The notes: generated by a model from the letters alone, not told the origin. DNA of 62,592 nt, filler included, from Stramenopiles sp. TOSAG23-3 (GCA_900128585.1; 5 parts of 5 records of this genome joined end to end with filler, not necessarily neighbours in it); one strand, 5' to 3'. Counted from the first letter of the whole stretch, positions 8,101-17,756 are shown. Made by a program: numbers and translations.

Positions 8101-10785
8101 GCAACGGCGTACACCGTAACCAATGTTGCTGGCAATGGCTTCCCAGCACCTTCGAGAGGACCGGTGGACCACAGCCACTTCGTGGCGGGACAAACGCAGC
8201 AACGCCACCACCAGGCCCCGTCGCAACGGCATGTCCCCTCGCAAGCGGCCTATGATAAGCACCAAGACCCGAAGCAATATTATCGAAAGGCGCGTCGATG
8301 CCGAGTTTCCAAGGGTCGCGCCTGACATTTGCTTAAGGTAAGGCTCGATAACGGTAGTGACCGTGTCGGCAAGAAGATGCCTGGAAAAGTACGGCAGCAT
8401 CCCGTAGCAAGTTTCAAGAAGGAGGACCGCGCGCTCCTCTGGAAGATGCCTTTGGAGATCTTGCGGCTGCTGCAGGTCAACGTCCACGGGGTAAACTTGC
8501 ACCAGGCGTTGGAGAATCAACGGGAACAGTTTCCCAATGGAGCAACCGATGTGGTCCAGGACAAACTGCAAGCCGCGCGCGCCCGCCTCCCGCACCGGCA
8601 GCATCGGGTCTTTCAGGCTGGACAGAAGAATATGGGTCAAGTGGGGCTGCAGAGACTGCAGCCCTGTTTTCACATCCGTGGAGGGGTGGATGGATGCCCT
8701 CGCGCCGCTCCCGTAGCATAGTGCCGCGGCGGCACCCATCAATTCGGCCATGTTGGAGTCGCCGTCGTTGTCGAGCTTGGTGGCAAGCAGGGTGTACTCT
8801 GTCGCCCTATGCAACGCGACAAGCTTTACGTACAGCTGGTTAACGTGCGACAGGCCGTCCGCGGCTAGCAAACTGAACGTCGCAGCGCGCAAGGCTTTCT
8901 TCTGAAACGGAACGTTTGCAGCGTGCTCGTGGAACAAGTTTTGTTCCGCGCGGCGAAAGACTTCGGTGGCCTGCACGACCCGGCGAGTGCGCAGGAGGGC
9001 CAGCCCGCAGAGCATGTCCGCCTCGACCGACTCGCTCACGCGATGGCGTGTTCGGAGGGCCGTCGACACGTTCATCAGGGGCACGACCGCGGCAGGCGGG
9101 GGGGCGTGCTGCAGAGAGAACCCAACGATGGATACTGTCAAATCCTTTTGTTTGCCAATGAGCTGGGGGTCTACGCCGTCGTCCTCCTCCTCGTCGTCGA
9201 GGCCATCGATTATCCCATCGTCGTCGTCCAGTATGAGCCCGTCCTCTTCGTACGCACCATCCGAATCCTCCAAGTCATCGGAATCTTCGTCTTCGCCCAA
9301 AAACCGCTCGTCGTCGTCGTCGTCAGCTAGATCGTTCGCAGGCAACAATCGGTCTGACGGAAGCCCCCGCTGCTTTGCCCGCCCAGGAGACTGCGACGCG
9401 ACCTTCTTGCCCGAGGCTTTCCGGTGGCCCCGCGCCGGCGACGGTGTGCCGCCGCCGCCCCTGCCCAACGCCCCTGCCACGATGCCGTCGGCCGACAACA
9501 TTGGGGCATCGGCGTCGCCAAGGACTGGCCGTTCTTGGGGCGAAGTGGGCAGGCCCGTGGCCCCCGACAGGGGGTCATTGAGGCCTGTGTCCCCCTCTTG
9601 CCCTCCATTTGCCCCGCTCGCCGCCCGTTTGGTGGCACTACTACCGTCCTCAGCGGGCGCGACGGCCCCGTCCGTGTCTTGCTTGAACAGGTGAACGACG
9701 ATCTGCTCTGCCATCCCGGGCGTAAAAACTTTGATGAGCCCGTCCTCGGGCACTAGCTGAGTGGACGGCACCGCAATTTCTTGGGTGGACTTGTTCATAC
9801 CACCCGTGCGAAATTCGACGCTGCGCAGGTTCACTGGCACTGCGGAGTAAATGTTCAACGATTCGATCAGGCACTTCCCAGGGAGCCGCACAGAAATACG
9901 AACGATGCTCCCTTCCTCCCCGTCTCCCAAGTCGACATGTTGCTCTTGGACTTTGAGCATTTCCCCGTACTGCCCTTCGTTTGCTGCCGCCGTGCACACG
10001 TTAAACGCGACCAGGGGCTCCAGTTCCCTCCACATCCCGTCCCGCATCAGCTCCGGGTTGAACAGGTGGCGCCGCCCCCCGCTCCGACGGGAAACCCCAC
10101 TGTCGATCACGTCGTCGACTGGGTTGACCATCTCGCGAGGGTAAGCAACCCGTCGATGTCGGTGGGCACTGGGCGACGACATCGCCGCGACGGTCTTCCC
10201 ATTACTCGCACCGCCTCCCCCCTGGTACGCCCTAGGCCCTCGCTCCCCACTGCGAATGCTCCGACGGGCCACCTTTTCGGAAAGGGCATGGTTGGCCCGG
10301 TGAAGCGTTGCGGACGCGGTCCGTTTGGTCGGCGCAGCCCGGTGCCCGGTGCTGCCCGCCCTTTGGGAAGCCCCTGCGGCCGCCGCGCTATTCTGGGGCC
10401 GGTTTCGGCCGCTTCCCGTGTGGCTACTGCTCGCGGGACGCGTCCGAGATGAATGGTTCGCCCGCCCGCCAGAGAGCCGGCTTCGCCGCTGCTGTTGCTG
10501 GTGCAGCTGTTGTTGCTGCTGCTGTGAGTAATAGTCTTGCTGTTGCTGCATACGGGAGGCCATGTTGCTGACGCTATTGTTCACTAAAGCCACGGACGGC
10601 CCAGACCGTGGCCGCCGCCTTTCTTGGCCAGCCCCGACGGGCGTCGTCCTCTGGATCGTCCTGCGCTGCTGCTGCGCCGACCTAGACGGCGACTCCACGC
10701 GACGAGGGCTTCCCGCCGCAGACGAGGCCACCCTGACAACACCCCCTGAACCGTTCGGGGCGTTACCACCCCCCTTAAGCTCCAT
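5134..10785 (-). CDS. Large (~1880 aa) probable HEAT/ARM alpha-solenoid protein with disordered Q/R-rich N-terminus and acidic tracts
   Basis: Long uninterrupted ORF. First ATG at 10785 (MELKGGG); the upstream extension to 10926 is microsatellite. HEAT-like segments LKDPMLPVREAGARGL, LLDHPRSDVQILAFHIM, LFDDDWECRLTAINIL. No specific family recognised. Confidence 0.7.
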   Translation of the reverse strand: MELKGGGNAPNGSGGVVRVASSAAGSPRRVESPSRSAQQQRRTIQRTTPVGAGQERRRPRSGPSVALVNNSVSNMASRMQQQQDYYSQQQQQQLHQQQQRRSRLSGGRANHSSRTRPASSSHTGSGRNRPQNSAAAAGASQRAGSTGHRAAPTKRTASATLHRANHALSEKVARRSIRSGERGPRAYQGGGGASNGKTVAAMSSPSAHRHRRVAYPREMVNPVDDVIDSGVSRRSGGRRHLFNPELMRDGMWRELEPLVAFNVCTAAANEGQYGEMLKVQEQHVDLGDGEEGSIVRISVRLPGKCLIESLNIYSAVPVNLRSVEFRTGGMNKSTQEIAVPSTQLVPEDGLIKVFTPGMAEQIVVHLFKQDTDGAVAPAEDGSSATKRAASGANGGQEGDTGLNDPLSGATGLPTSPQERPVLGDADAPMLSADGIVAGALGRGGGGTPSPARGHRKASGKKVASQSPGRAKQRGLPSDRLLPANDLADDDDDERFLGEDEDSDDLEDSDGAYEEDGLILDDDDGIIDGLDDEEEDDGVDPQLIGKQKDLTVSIVGFSLQHAPPPAAVVPLMNVSTALRTRHRVSESVEADMLCGLALLRTRRVVQATEVFRRAEQNLFHEHAANVPFQKKALRAATFSLLAADGLSHVNQLYVKLVALHRATEYTLLATKLDNDGDSNMAELMGAAAALCYGSGARASIHPSTDVKTGLQSLQPHLTHILLSSLKDPMLPVREAGARGLQFVLDHIGCSIGKLFPLILQRLVQVYPVDVDLQQPQDLQRHLPEERAVLLLETCYGMLPYFSRHLLADTVTTVIEPYLKQMSGATLGNSASTRLSIILLRVLVLIIGRLRGDMPLRRGLVVALLRLSRHEVAVVHRSSRRCWEAIASNIGYGVRRCPEEAGAILSWCADEFMNVNRIRPRSARRGTSNLTKRMQDAVLFVAHSTDTLATAVATLSPSVVRAQVPQLRDSLLKLIPLLVKRIQKHCFSQDLITVPPHDARGNSTTGLVAFQTLWGCLVSVARAIPDELAPSLNLLALPLLKWAYLQSKFRAPSTALLGVLRTLLTPDIININETLGRVPDSLDPTPKQFANMDQDLSFDEATTMQKFFLMFLPIFAKWVPHSVKDDTFHVLKAIIHFTAESLTVEMTKVILTALLDKYTVRSKSYLHTVGYFVDVLSCGVAQGMERHRKHLLVSDLVEYEKERLADLVTKRVAGEEIPAQQVAPEALQGIKMFECFAFVVEYCTSMPSLPTSRQGSSGDRAFESTSLLAQGDRTEQRLFFLLLLLLSIRDQPSSPARLRECVGSLWQSLPRITAFCTSLLDHPRSDVQILAFHIMDVLSTVMFRTNHAGVKKNILSKHLLDFLLDALKEGRGAREEDGTGSPSLRLRCVFLVHKFVSRNGIDPGYKIELWERVASVVKTPWKNLRSVSLWVLGQTTELICNDDSIVATFLQKAKAVLPKLFDDDWECRLTAINILCCLKNRHGFDAGHFVDMCENDWHPAVQSAVKAYNARGPVPKENVLNPFETLVDSKQETNTTVYPAAHFKGLWEDHEKAFAELQSLEEFVRGAGTAPAFADRPVIQGVFESSVAVVPAPPEQAFLDSFLAGDEDMEGDDEDEQLLDEEVGVDAELGAAGVVVEEGDGSFEKQAALALNPFSMASLGEADTAIVSSEEELEEGSSDGSELQDQPMEIEPVAPSPAKGKRPRSAPAVAKALAAERFTDEYVQEEEEVRYESSSADGFVFDDESTASDDPSEDEYVDLRKPPTRKRRPTASSRTKRVNYVRDQWADEATDEYDEYYDDSSAYDDAYDGFEHDYDRHDNIIHDHDWGIAVTPADYSPQRAGYGNFSPARARDNADEPKGGTSAKFELSRPRVSAKELRAMLKNAL

Positions 10786-10886
10786 ATTTTTCTTTGCCCG
10801 TCGAACGTACGATTGTTCGTCCACAGACAGAACGCACAAAAACAGAACGCAAGAAGAAACAACAAAAACTGCACACACCCGAACAA

Positions 10887-10972
10887 ACACACACACACAC
10901 ACACACAGGATAATAATATAAATCACCCTAAAACCCTTTACTTTCCCTCTCTCTCTCTCTCTCTCTCTCTCT
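10887..10972. repeat. (AC)n and (CT)n microsatellites upstream of the HEAT gene
   Basis: acacac run at about 10887-10907 and ctctct run at about 10947-10972. Confidence 0.9.
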
Positions 10973-11273
10973 AGGAACGTTCAACATTGTCAGCTGAAGA
11001 TAAAGAGATAAGTGAAGGAACAAAGTGATATCAGTTATTTTATTATCAACAATCAGTTTTGTCATCATCATCATCATAGTATTTCTATATATTATTATTA
11101 ATATTATTATTTTTTTTTTCAAAAAAAAAAAAAATATAATTTGAATTTTTTATTTTTTTTATTAATAATTTTATTTATAAAAAAAAAAAAAAAATGAGAA
11201 AAAGAAATAATAAAAAGATGATGATAACCCTGATGATAACACCAATCCAAACGTGTTCCGTGTTCGGTGTTCG

Positions 11274-11450
11274 GTGTTTGTCTATAATGACAATGACATT
11301 ATTGTCCTGTTTCTTGTCTTCTTTCTTCTTAATGACAATGACATTACATTGTCTTCTTTCTTGTCTTCTTTCTTCTTGGTGTTTGTCTATAATGACAATG
11401 ACATTATTGTCTTCTTTCTTGTCTTCTTTCTTCTTGTTTTCTTGTCTTCT
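11274..11450. repeat. Short imperfect tandem repeat (aatgacaatgacatta core, 3 copies)
   Basis: gtgtttgtctataatgacaatgacattattgtc at about 11274 and 11379, with a partial copy at about 11331. Confidence 0.8.
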
Positions 11451-11551
11451 TGTTGTCTTTCACCTTTCACTTACTTCAAAAGACCTTCCTCACAGATGAG
11501 TCTTTTTTAACTCGAGATTTGTGAATTTTATTGAGAATTGAGGAAGTCAAT

Positions 11552-12310
11552 ATTAAGGATATATATAATTAATAAATATGTATGCTATGTATATGTAATA
11601 TAGTTATATTTTCTCACTTTTTAATTCTATTTATATATTATTAATAAGAAAGTATAAATCACTACATCTACATAACCTTATCATAACAAAAGAATATCAC
11701 TTCAATATACTATAAACATATATCCTTAAGTATAGATTATCTTGTCTCTCTTTCTTTCTCTCTCTCTCTTCTCTCTCTCTCTCCAGCCCATCTCCTCTCT
11801 GATGACCTGTGGCTGGAGACGGAACCATCTATAATTAAGGATATATGTATTTATAGTAATTATATGCTGTGTGTATATAGAGAGTGGTTCACTTTGTGAA
11901 TTGTGAATATAGTTTTTATTCTATTTATATATAATTAAAATGAAGAACTGATTTCATCTAAATCCATACATCTACAATAGCCTTATCATTACAAATGGTC
12001 CCACATCATTTATCTTATATACAATATTCCTTAACTTAATGTGATCTTATCTTCTCCCTTTTGGTCTTGTTTCTTTCTTTCTCTCTTTTCTATTTCTTTA
12101 TTTTCTTCTGTCTTCTGGTCTTCTTCTGGTCTTTCTTCTTTCTCTCTTCTTTACTTTATTTTCTTTATTAATTATCTTCTGTCTTCTGGTCTTCTTTCTC
12201 ACTTTTTCATTCTATTTCATTAAAGTATAAATACATTTAGACACAAAGCCTTATCATAAGAAATGCTCTCACTCCATGATCTCTATATACAATTGTCCTT
12301 AATTATGGAT
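11552..12310. repeat. Degenerate ~280-300-bp tandem repeat (two copies plus a partial third)
   Basis: Anchors recur in the same order: attaaggatatat (about 11552, 11834), ttctatttatatat, tacatctaca, ccttatcat (about 11676, 11981, 12249), tccttaa. Confidence 0.65.
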
Positions 12311-12418
12311 GGATTCTCCATCCCTATCACCTAACCCTATCATTAAATCTACTATTATTGTCGTCGATCGATCATCGATCGATTCACAATAATATAAAAA
12401 TAAAAAAGTAGAAAAGAG

Positions 12419-12419
<1 letters not shown>

Positions 12420-12481
<62 letters not shown>
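12420..12481. repeat. (AAAG)n microsatellite at a contig end
   Basis: Perfect aaag array running into the N linker. Confidence 0.95.
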
Positions 12482-12581
12482 NNNNNNNNNNNNNNNNNNN
12501 NNNNNNNNNNNNNNNNNNNNNNNNNTTAATTAATTAANNNNNNNNNNNNNNNNNNNNNNNNNNNNNNNNNNNNNNNNNNNN
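12482..12581. other. Artificial contig-concatenation linker
   Basis: N44-TTAATTAATTAA-N44; the core gives stop codons in all six frames. Confidence 0.97.
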
Positions 12582-13163
12582 GTTATTTTGCCTGCTATTT
12601 ACCTTGTGCAACTTTGTGTTTAACTTTTTCGAGTTGAATTTCCTATCTTATTTACGTACTGGTAATCACTCTACACTACTAATATATCAAAGTGTTTCCC
12701 GTAAAACGTCCCTTTAGTATATATCTTAAGAGACAATACAAGTACATAGTACCTATAAACCGGGTTTCTCTAATTTTTTTGTAAAAATTGTTGATTTTTT
12801 ATATGAATAATATTAAAAAAATAATAACATTTTATAAATAATTTAAAAATGATGAGTGAAGAGAGAGTGTGAGAACACAACATTATAATAACGAACAAAA
12901 AGGAATAAAATACAACAACAAAATTTATGATTATTTATAAAAATGGCATTTTCAAAAAACTATTTATATTTTTTAAGAGTAGTGTTTTGAAAATGTAAAA
13001 TCGTGAAAAATCATATTTGTTTGGTTCAGTACGTTTCCATGTCCCTTGCGAAACAAATAAGCTTTTGCACTCGTCACGGCAGTGTTCCCCATAAGTCACG
13101 CGCCGGCGGCGACACGTTGCGAAGTGATAGGAACGGTTTGGCAATTTTTTAATTTTGTTTTTC

Positions 13164-14798
13164 ATGGTGTCCCGGTCATTGCACTACCTCGCCGTAGCCG
13201 CAGTGCTCCTTACCATTCGTGGAGAATCCTACAAAATTCAGAAGAGCGATTTCCAGACCTCTTCGTCATGGCAATACCTAACCAGGTTTTGTTTCGTCCC
13301 TGGCCCTTCCGCTTCTATATTTCGGTTTAGCGTAACAATGCGATACTTCCCTGGTGCAGCGTTATTGGTGAACTGGGACGACAAGAGGGCCGTATCAAAG
13401 TGCAAGCGCCAACAGTGCGATTCGGACGTGACGTGGTCCAACATGGCAGATCCCAAAACCACATGTTTGGAGAAGAAATCCATCGCGCAGGCAGGGGGAG
13501 ATTCCCTGTCATTCCCTGGGCCCAGCCCTGAATTGTCGACGGCGATGATCGAGGTCATATGCCCCAATGGCATCTCTGACACCAAGATACGAATAGCGAG
13601 GCATGAGAACGGCACATACAGCCCATACGATGCGTGGGTGAACAAATGCAAGGGAAGTGACATCCGTTACAATGTAACGTTGACTTTTGTAGGGCGAGAG
13701 GAACGTTGGTATTTTTTCAGCCTTGGGGTTTGCACGGAAGACAGCGATTACCCGGTGGTGGGCAAAGAGATGGTGCTGAGTGTTTCCAGAAGTGTGGAGC
13801 ACTGGTGGGAGGACGGGTACAGCAATCTGAAAGGCGAGCAAGACCATATTCCAATGTTGAACCTTGTCATGCTGGTGCTGTCGATGTTTACAATTTTCTT
13901 TACCAGTTACATCTTGTACATATATGTGACGAATGGAACTTTCCACCCCATTTTGGAGGTGTTGGTTCTCAACGCGTATGCGTTTGGTGGTGCAAACCTT
14001 CTTTTGTTTTTGGGGGTTTCTTCCACCGTGTCGGATATCATTCTTTGCATCTCTCGTAACGTAACCTTGCTGCTGTTTTACTTCACAGCTTCGGGGTGGA
14101 TGAGAGTGCGCCGAAAGATTGTGCCAAAGTACCGAGTGGCCTTTGCGTTCACGATCGTGGTAAACGTGGTGCTGGGCGTCTTGGTGATCTTTTGGGAATC
14201 CGCTTCCAGCATCGAAGGGTTAGCATTTCACCAATACGGTATGGTACCGTACCCATACAGTAGTTGGCTGGGACGAGTCCTGCTTGTCGTTCGGTCACTG
14301 TCCTTTTCCCTCTTGGTGAGGCAATCGTACACAATCTCTAAAGATTTTAGAAATCATCGACAAACGCTTGGAACACTTTGCCTAGTGTCATTTTTTTGGC
14401 TCCAAACGGTGCACATAGTCTTCCTTTGCATTATAGACGACCACTCGTGCACAAACGAGTCACTAGTAGAATTGTCCGAGAGCATATCGGACCTGTTCGC
14501 ATTGTTTTGTGCATTGCTGGTATGGTACCCTACTAAGGCCCGCCTTTCCCGGATGAAAGAGTTACTGGTCCGGGGACCCTCAAGCCTTCGCGATCAAGTC
14601 CGTTGTTGCTGCTGCTGCTTTCTGGGCGATCGGTCAAATATGTGGGTTGGGGAACGTTTCGATCCATCACAAGGGAGCATTCAGGATTTTCTGTTCTCGA
14701 GGCTTGGGGCGATTCGAAGTGGGTTGCAAACAACCGTAGACATATCTGATGATTTGATTCAGACTCTGGAAACGGCGTTGACTAAACCGCCGCCGTAG
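13164..14798 (+). CDS. GPR180/TMEM145-like (intimal-thickness-related receptor family) 7TM protein
   Basis: Signal peptide from the ATG at 13164. Family-like motifs SWQYLTRFCF and ERWYFFSLGVC; about 7 hydrophobic segments, including FHPIL and FTASGW. Confidence 0.75.
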   Translation: MVSRSLHYLAVAAVLLTIRGESYKIQKSDFQTSSSWQYLTRFCFVPGPSASIFRFSVTMRYFPGAALLVNWDDKRAVSKCKRQQCDSDVTWSNMADPKTTCLEKKSIAQAGGDSLSFPGPSPELSTAMIEVICPNGISDTKIRIARHENGTYSPYDAWVNKCKGSDIRYNVTLTFVGREERWYFFSLGVCTEDSDYPVVGKEMVLSVSRSVEHWWEDGYSNLKGEQDHIPMLNLVMLVLSMFTIFFTSYILYIYVTNGTFHPILEVLVLNAYAFGGANLLLFLGVSSTVSDIILCISRNVTLLLFYFTASGWMRVRRKIVPKYRVAFAFTIVVNVVLGVLVIFWESASSIEGLAFHQYGMVPYPYSSWLGRVLLVVRSLSFSLLVRQSYTISKDFRNHRQTLGTLCLVSFFWLQTVHIVFLCIIDDHSCTNESLVELSESISDLFALFCALLVWYPTKARLSRMKELLVRGPSSLRDQVRCCCCCFLGDRSNMWVGERFDPSQGSIQDFLFSRLGAIRSGLQTTVDISDDLIQTLETALTKPPP

Positions 14799-14970
14799 TG
14801 AGGGGCACTGGACAAGATTTTGGGTTCCGAAAAGGGTTTGGGTCCTATCATATCATTAATCTTAGAGTGTATTAGTGTTTTTGTAACTTTAAAGATTCTT
14901 AATTTTCTTGTAGAATATAAAAAATACCAACAACAACGAAACAAAATTACAGAATCAAGTTAGGATTAGG

Positions 14971-15028
14971 GTATGAGGAAGCTAAATTTAATTACTTAAA
15001 TTAACAGCCAATTTTCTTGTTTTTAAAA
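14971..15028 (-). repeat. Dispersed non-coding repeat, reverse-orientation copy
   Basis: Reverse complement tttaaaaacaagaaaattggctgttaatttaagtaattaaatttagcttcctcatac matches the elements at 18279, 27747 and 40555/40878. Confidence 0.7.
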
Positions 15029-15058
15029 AATATTTTTATCAGAAGTTGCACTTTTACC

Positions 15059-15922
15059 TTACGTGTGGTGGATGTTAAACTGTGAGCCAAGGTGGCGTGA
15101 TTGTCGGTCCGCCAGGTCTTTCATACGGCACCCTTCCTTTGCGGCCAGCTCTACGTCGCGGAAACTATACTGCTTGTACTTGTGCGGTCTTGCGCCCGTA
15201 ATTGGGTTACCGTTCCCTTCGAGCATAATCTCCCTCAGACTCTGTTGAGGCCCACAGAGCGTTTCTGCCTTCTGCCCACTACCGGCAATGCCTCGGTTTA
15301 CGCTTTTGAGCTGGGCATTCGACAAGTCGCTCATATCAAACCGACGTTGGGTCACCTTTCCTGCGATCGTGTCGATCGGGGGCGCCCCCCGCTCGTGCAG
15401 TTTGCGCTGCATGCTTTCCATGGGAACGCCGTTGTTAAGGTAGAATTTGTCTGCAATCCTTGGGGATTTTGTTCCGATTTTTTCCCTGATGTTTCTGGAT
15501 TCAACCCCTACCTTCGGGGCCAAGTCCCAGATTCCCTCACCGGCCGCGGTGACCGATCGTTGCTTAACGTTCCTTTGCCTCGATCGCTGCGTGTATTCCA
15601 TCTTTTGCCGAGGCGAATGGTTTTCCAATGAATTGCGGGCCTGGGTACTGTCCAGCACCCGATTCATGCCATGCCCGGGCTTGTCCCTCTTCTCGTAACG
15701 TGCCAATTGCTGCCGCCTCGAATCCGCTTGCGTCGTCTCGTTGTAGTCAATGATGTCCTTTCTGGAAAAGTTCATTTGGCCTTTTATTTTGCTGGCAATT
15801 TGTCTAGTTTCAGACGCGGCTTCTAAAAACGAGGACTGGTTGTACTGGGACTGCACAACTTTGTTTACTGTGCCACGGTGCATGATCTCATCGTTGATGT
15901 TTCTTCCCACCCGAGGGGACAC
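15059..15922 (-). CDS. Hypothetical hydrophilic protein; start uncertain
   Basis: 287-codon open frame in a GC-richer island. The ORF track starts at a GTG; the first in-frame ATG is at 15883. No motif recognised. Confidence 0.6.
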   Translation of the reverse strand: MSPRVGRNINDEIMHRGTVNKVVQSQYNQSSFLEAASETRQIASKIKGQMNFSRKDIIDYNETTQADSRRQQLARYEKRDKPGHGMNRVLDSTQARNSLENHSPRQKMEYTQRSRQRNVKQRSVTAAGEGIWDLAPKVGVESRNIREKIGTKSPRIADKFYLNNGVPMESMQRKLHERGAPPIDTIAGKVTQRRFDMSDLSNAQLKSVNRGIAGSGQKAETLCGPQQSLREIMLEGNGNPITGARPHKYKQYSFRDVELAAKEGCRMKDLADRQSRHLGSQFNIHHT

Positions 15923-16042
15923 GTTCCCCTGGACATCGTTGGTCCTCCATTGGCGCCCACCGGCCGCACAGTTTCATCAAAAACAGGGCAGCTTGTTGCC
16001 CAGCCGCTCGCTTCCAACATAGAGAAAGAAGACTCAACAAAC

Positions 16043-16948
16043 ATGAAAGTAGAAACAGGGGAAAACAATTTGTATCTAATCCACAGTCTTGATGGGACTT
16101 ACATCATTTTGATAACAGTCCCGATCACCGATTCAGATTGCGCTACCCTCAACTTCTGCAGTGGGCATGGAACATGCGACACTTCTACTAACATATGCAC
16201 TTGCATCGATGGCTACGGCTCACTCACAGACATTTCTTCCGTCCCAAAATCTCCCAAGTGCGATATGAGGGTATGCCCTGTGGGAAGGGCGTGGACCGAC
16301 GTTCCTACGAGCGCAACGAAAGCTCATGCCTTGGCGGAATGTTCCAACCAGGGGATATGCGATCGGGATCAGGGCAAATGCGAATGTTTTGAACCGTTCG
16401 AAGGTCCGGCTTGTGGTAGAATGAAGTGCCCCAAAGATTGTTCTGGGCATGGGCGGTGCGTCAGTATGCGCGAGATGGCGCGGATGGCAAATGCGTTCCC
16501 ACTGAGCTGCAATGATACCTACTACGAAGGTTTTGAAGACGAGCACACATGGGACAGCGACAAGTTGTTTGGGTGCGTTTGCGATTCTACGTGGCCCGTT
16601 GGGTATGGGAATGGCCAGAGGCAACTGGCGGAATGGCACGGTCGCGCCTGCGAGAAAAAGCGGTGCCCTGCTGGCGATGACCCGATGACATCCTGGAATG
16701 AATCGGACTGCCACTTAAAAAGTGGCAACGGGAAAATTGCACATAATAAAAGCCATGCGATAGATGTCCACAGCCACCTCCACGCCCACCCAGAAAGTTG
16801 GCAGTACGGGTGCATGGGCGAAATCGGTAACGAATGCCACGTTGAGTGCAGCAATAGGGGGCTCTGCGACAGTGGTTCAGGACTCTGCTCTTGTTTCAAA
16901 GGGTTTTCAGGCGAAGCGTGCGAAAAGTTTAATACCTTGCAACTGTAG
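16043..16948 (+). CDS. Tenascin-like EGF-repeat protein resembling stramenopile mastigoneme/Sig-type proteins
   Basis: Repeated motifs CSGHGTCD...C.C..GY, AECSNQGICDR..GKCECF..FEG.AC.R..CP.DCSGHG.C, WD..K.FGCVCD, CPAGDDP.T, ECSNRGLCD..SGLCSCFKGFSGEAC. ATG at 16043 chosen as start. Confidence 0.8.
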   Translation: MKVETGENNLYLIHSLDGTYIILITVPITDSDCATLNFCSGHGTCDTSTNICTCIDGYGSLTDISSVPKSPKCDMRVCPVGRAWTDVPTSATKAHALAECSNQGICDRDQGKCECFEPFEGPACGRMKCPKDCSGHGRCVSMREMARMANAFPLSCNDTYYEGFEDEHTWDSDKLFGCVCDSTWPVGYGNGQRQLAEWHGRACEKKRCPAGDDPMTSWNESDCHLKSGNGKIAHNKSHAIDVHSHLHAHPESWQYGCMGEIGNECHVECSNRGLCDSGSGLCSCFKGFSGEACEKFNTLQL

Positions 16949-17219
16949 TTTTAGTCGTCTGGTAATGTCGTTGCAATAGTTTCTGTATAATTACTGCTCA
17001 CTGTACATGTATATACATATTAATAATGATATGATCAGAGTTCAATGTGATTAATTATTTGGATTTATTAGTCTAGTATATATTTTTGTATTATTAACAC
17101 AGCATTGTTTTTATTACGAGGATTTCTATACCGGTACCTGGGTCAGTATAACAGTACAGAAAGAAGAGAAGATTTTTTATTATTGTCCATTATAAGGACA
17201 CGATTAGATAATATAAAGA

Positions 17220-17488
17220 AGAAGGAACACACCATTGAATAATTTCGATTCTTTCTTCACTTGTGGTAAAAATATCTTTTTTTTTTCTCATTTTTTATTA
17301 TTTTGATCGATCGATAAAAATTGTATTATATATAGAAGGAACACACCATTGTAATAATTTCGATTCTTTCTCTTGTGGTAAAAATATCTTTTTTTTTTCT
17401 CATTTTATTATAATATATAGAAGCAACACACCATTGTAATTATTTCGATTCTTTCTTGTTGTTGTTGTTGTGGTAAAAAAATATCTTT
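17220..17488. repeat. Three imperfect tandem copies (~85-115-bp period) upstream of the MAPEG gene
   Basis: gaag(g/c)aacacaccattg(t)aat(a/t)atttcgattctttc...ttgtggtaaaaa...tatcttt at about 17221, 17335 and 17420. Confidence 0.88.
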
Positions 17489-17756
17489 CTATTTTAAATA
17501 ATCTTCTTATTATTACTATGGTATTAGTATGATGTATTATTTTTTAATAAACTATACTACTTTCTTCAAAAAGATTGCATTTATTTATCCCATCATAAAA
17601 ATGTACGAGGAACATTCCTTCTCTCCCACATTCTCTTTCCCGCCAAAGGGCTCAAAAAGTATATAAAGCAATTTCATCCATCTCTTTTCTATAACTCAAA
17701 GCAAAAAATCACAAACGCCGTAGAAAATTTTAACAAAAAAGCAACATTTTATCAAC

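Noticed and set aside
10786-10926. Hydrophobic 47-aa N-terminal extension of the HEAT protein resembling a signal peptide
   Set aside because: Starts at a non-ATG codon and is translated (GT)n microsatellite; the likely start is the ATG at 10785.
11780-11819. 9-bp GC-rich stem (tctccagcc/ggctggaga) enclosing tgatga, possible C/D snoRNA
   Set aside because: Too short and no properly placed D box (CTGA) near the 3' stem.
11194-12223. Small hydrophobic ORFs in AT/CT-rich DNA (also 19990-20262, 26212-26451, 55085-55495)
   Set aside because: Translations of microsatellite or low-complexity sequence.
12526-12537. TTAATTAATTAA palindrome recurring four times at ~12.5-kb spacing
   Set aside because: Synthetic all-frame-stop linker embedded in Ns; not biological.
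17220-17488. Repeat-spacer appearance suggesting a CRISPR array
   Set aside because: Eukaryotic context, degenerate units, low-complexity spacers and no cas genes.
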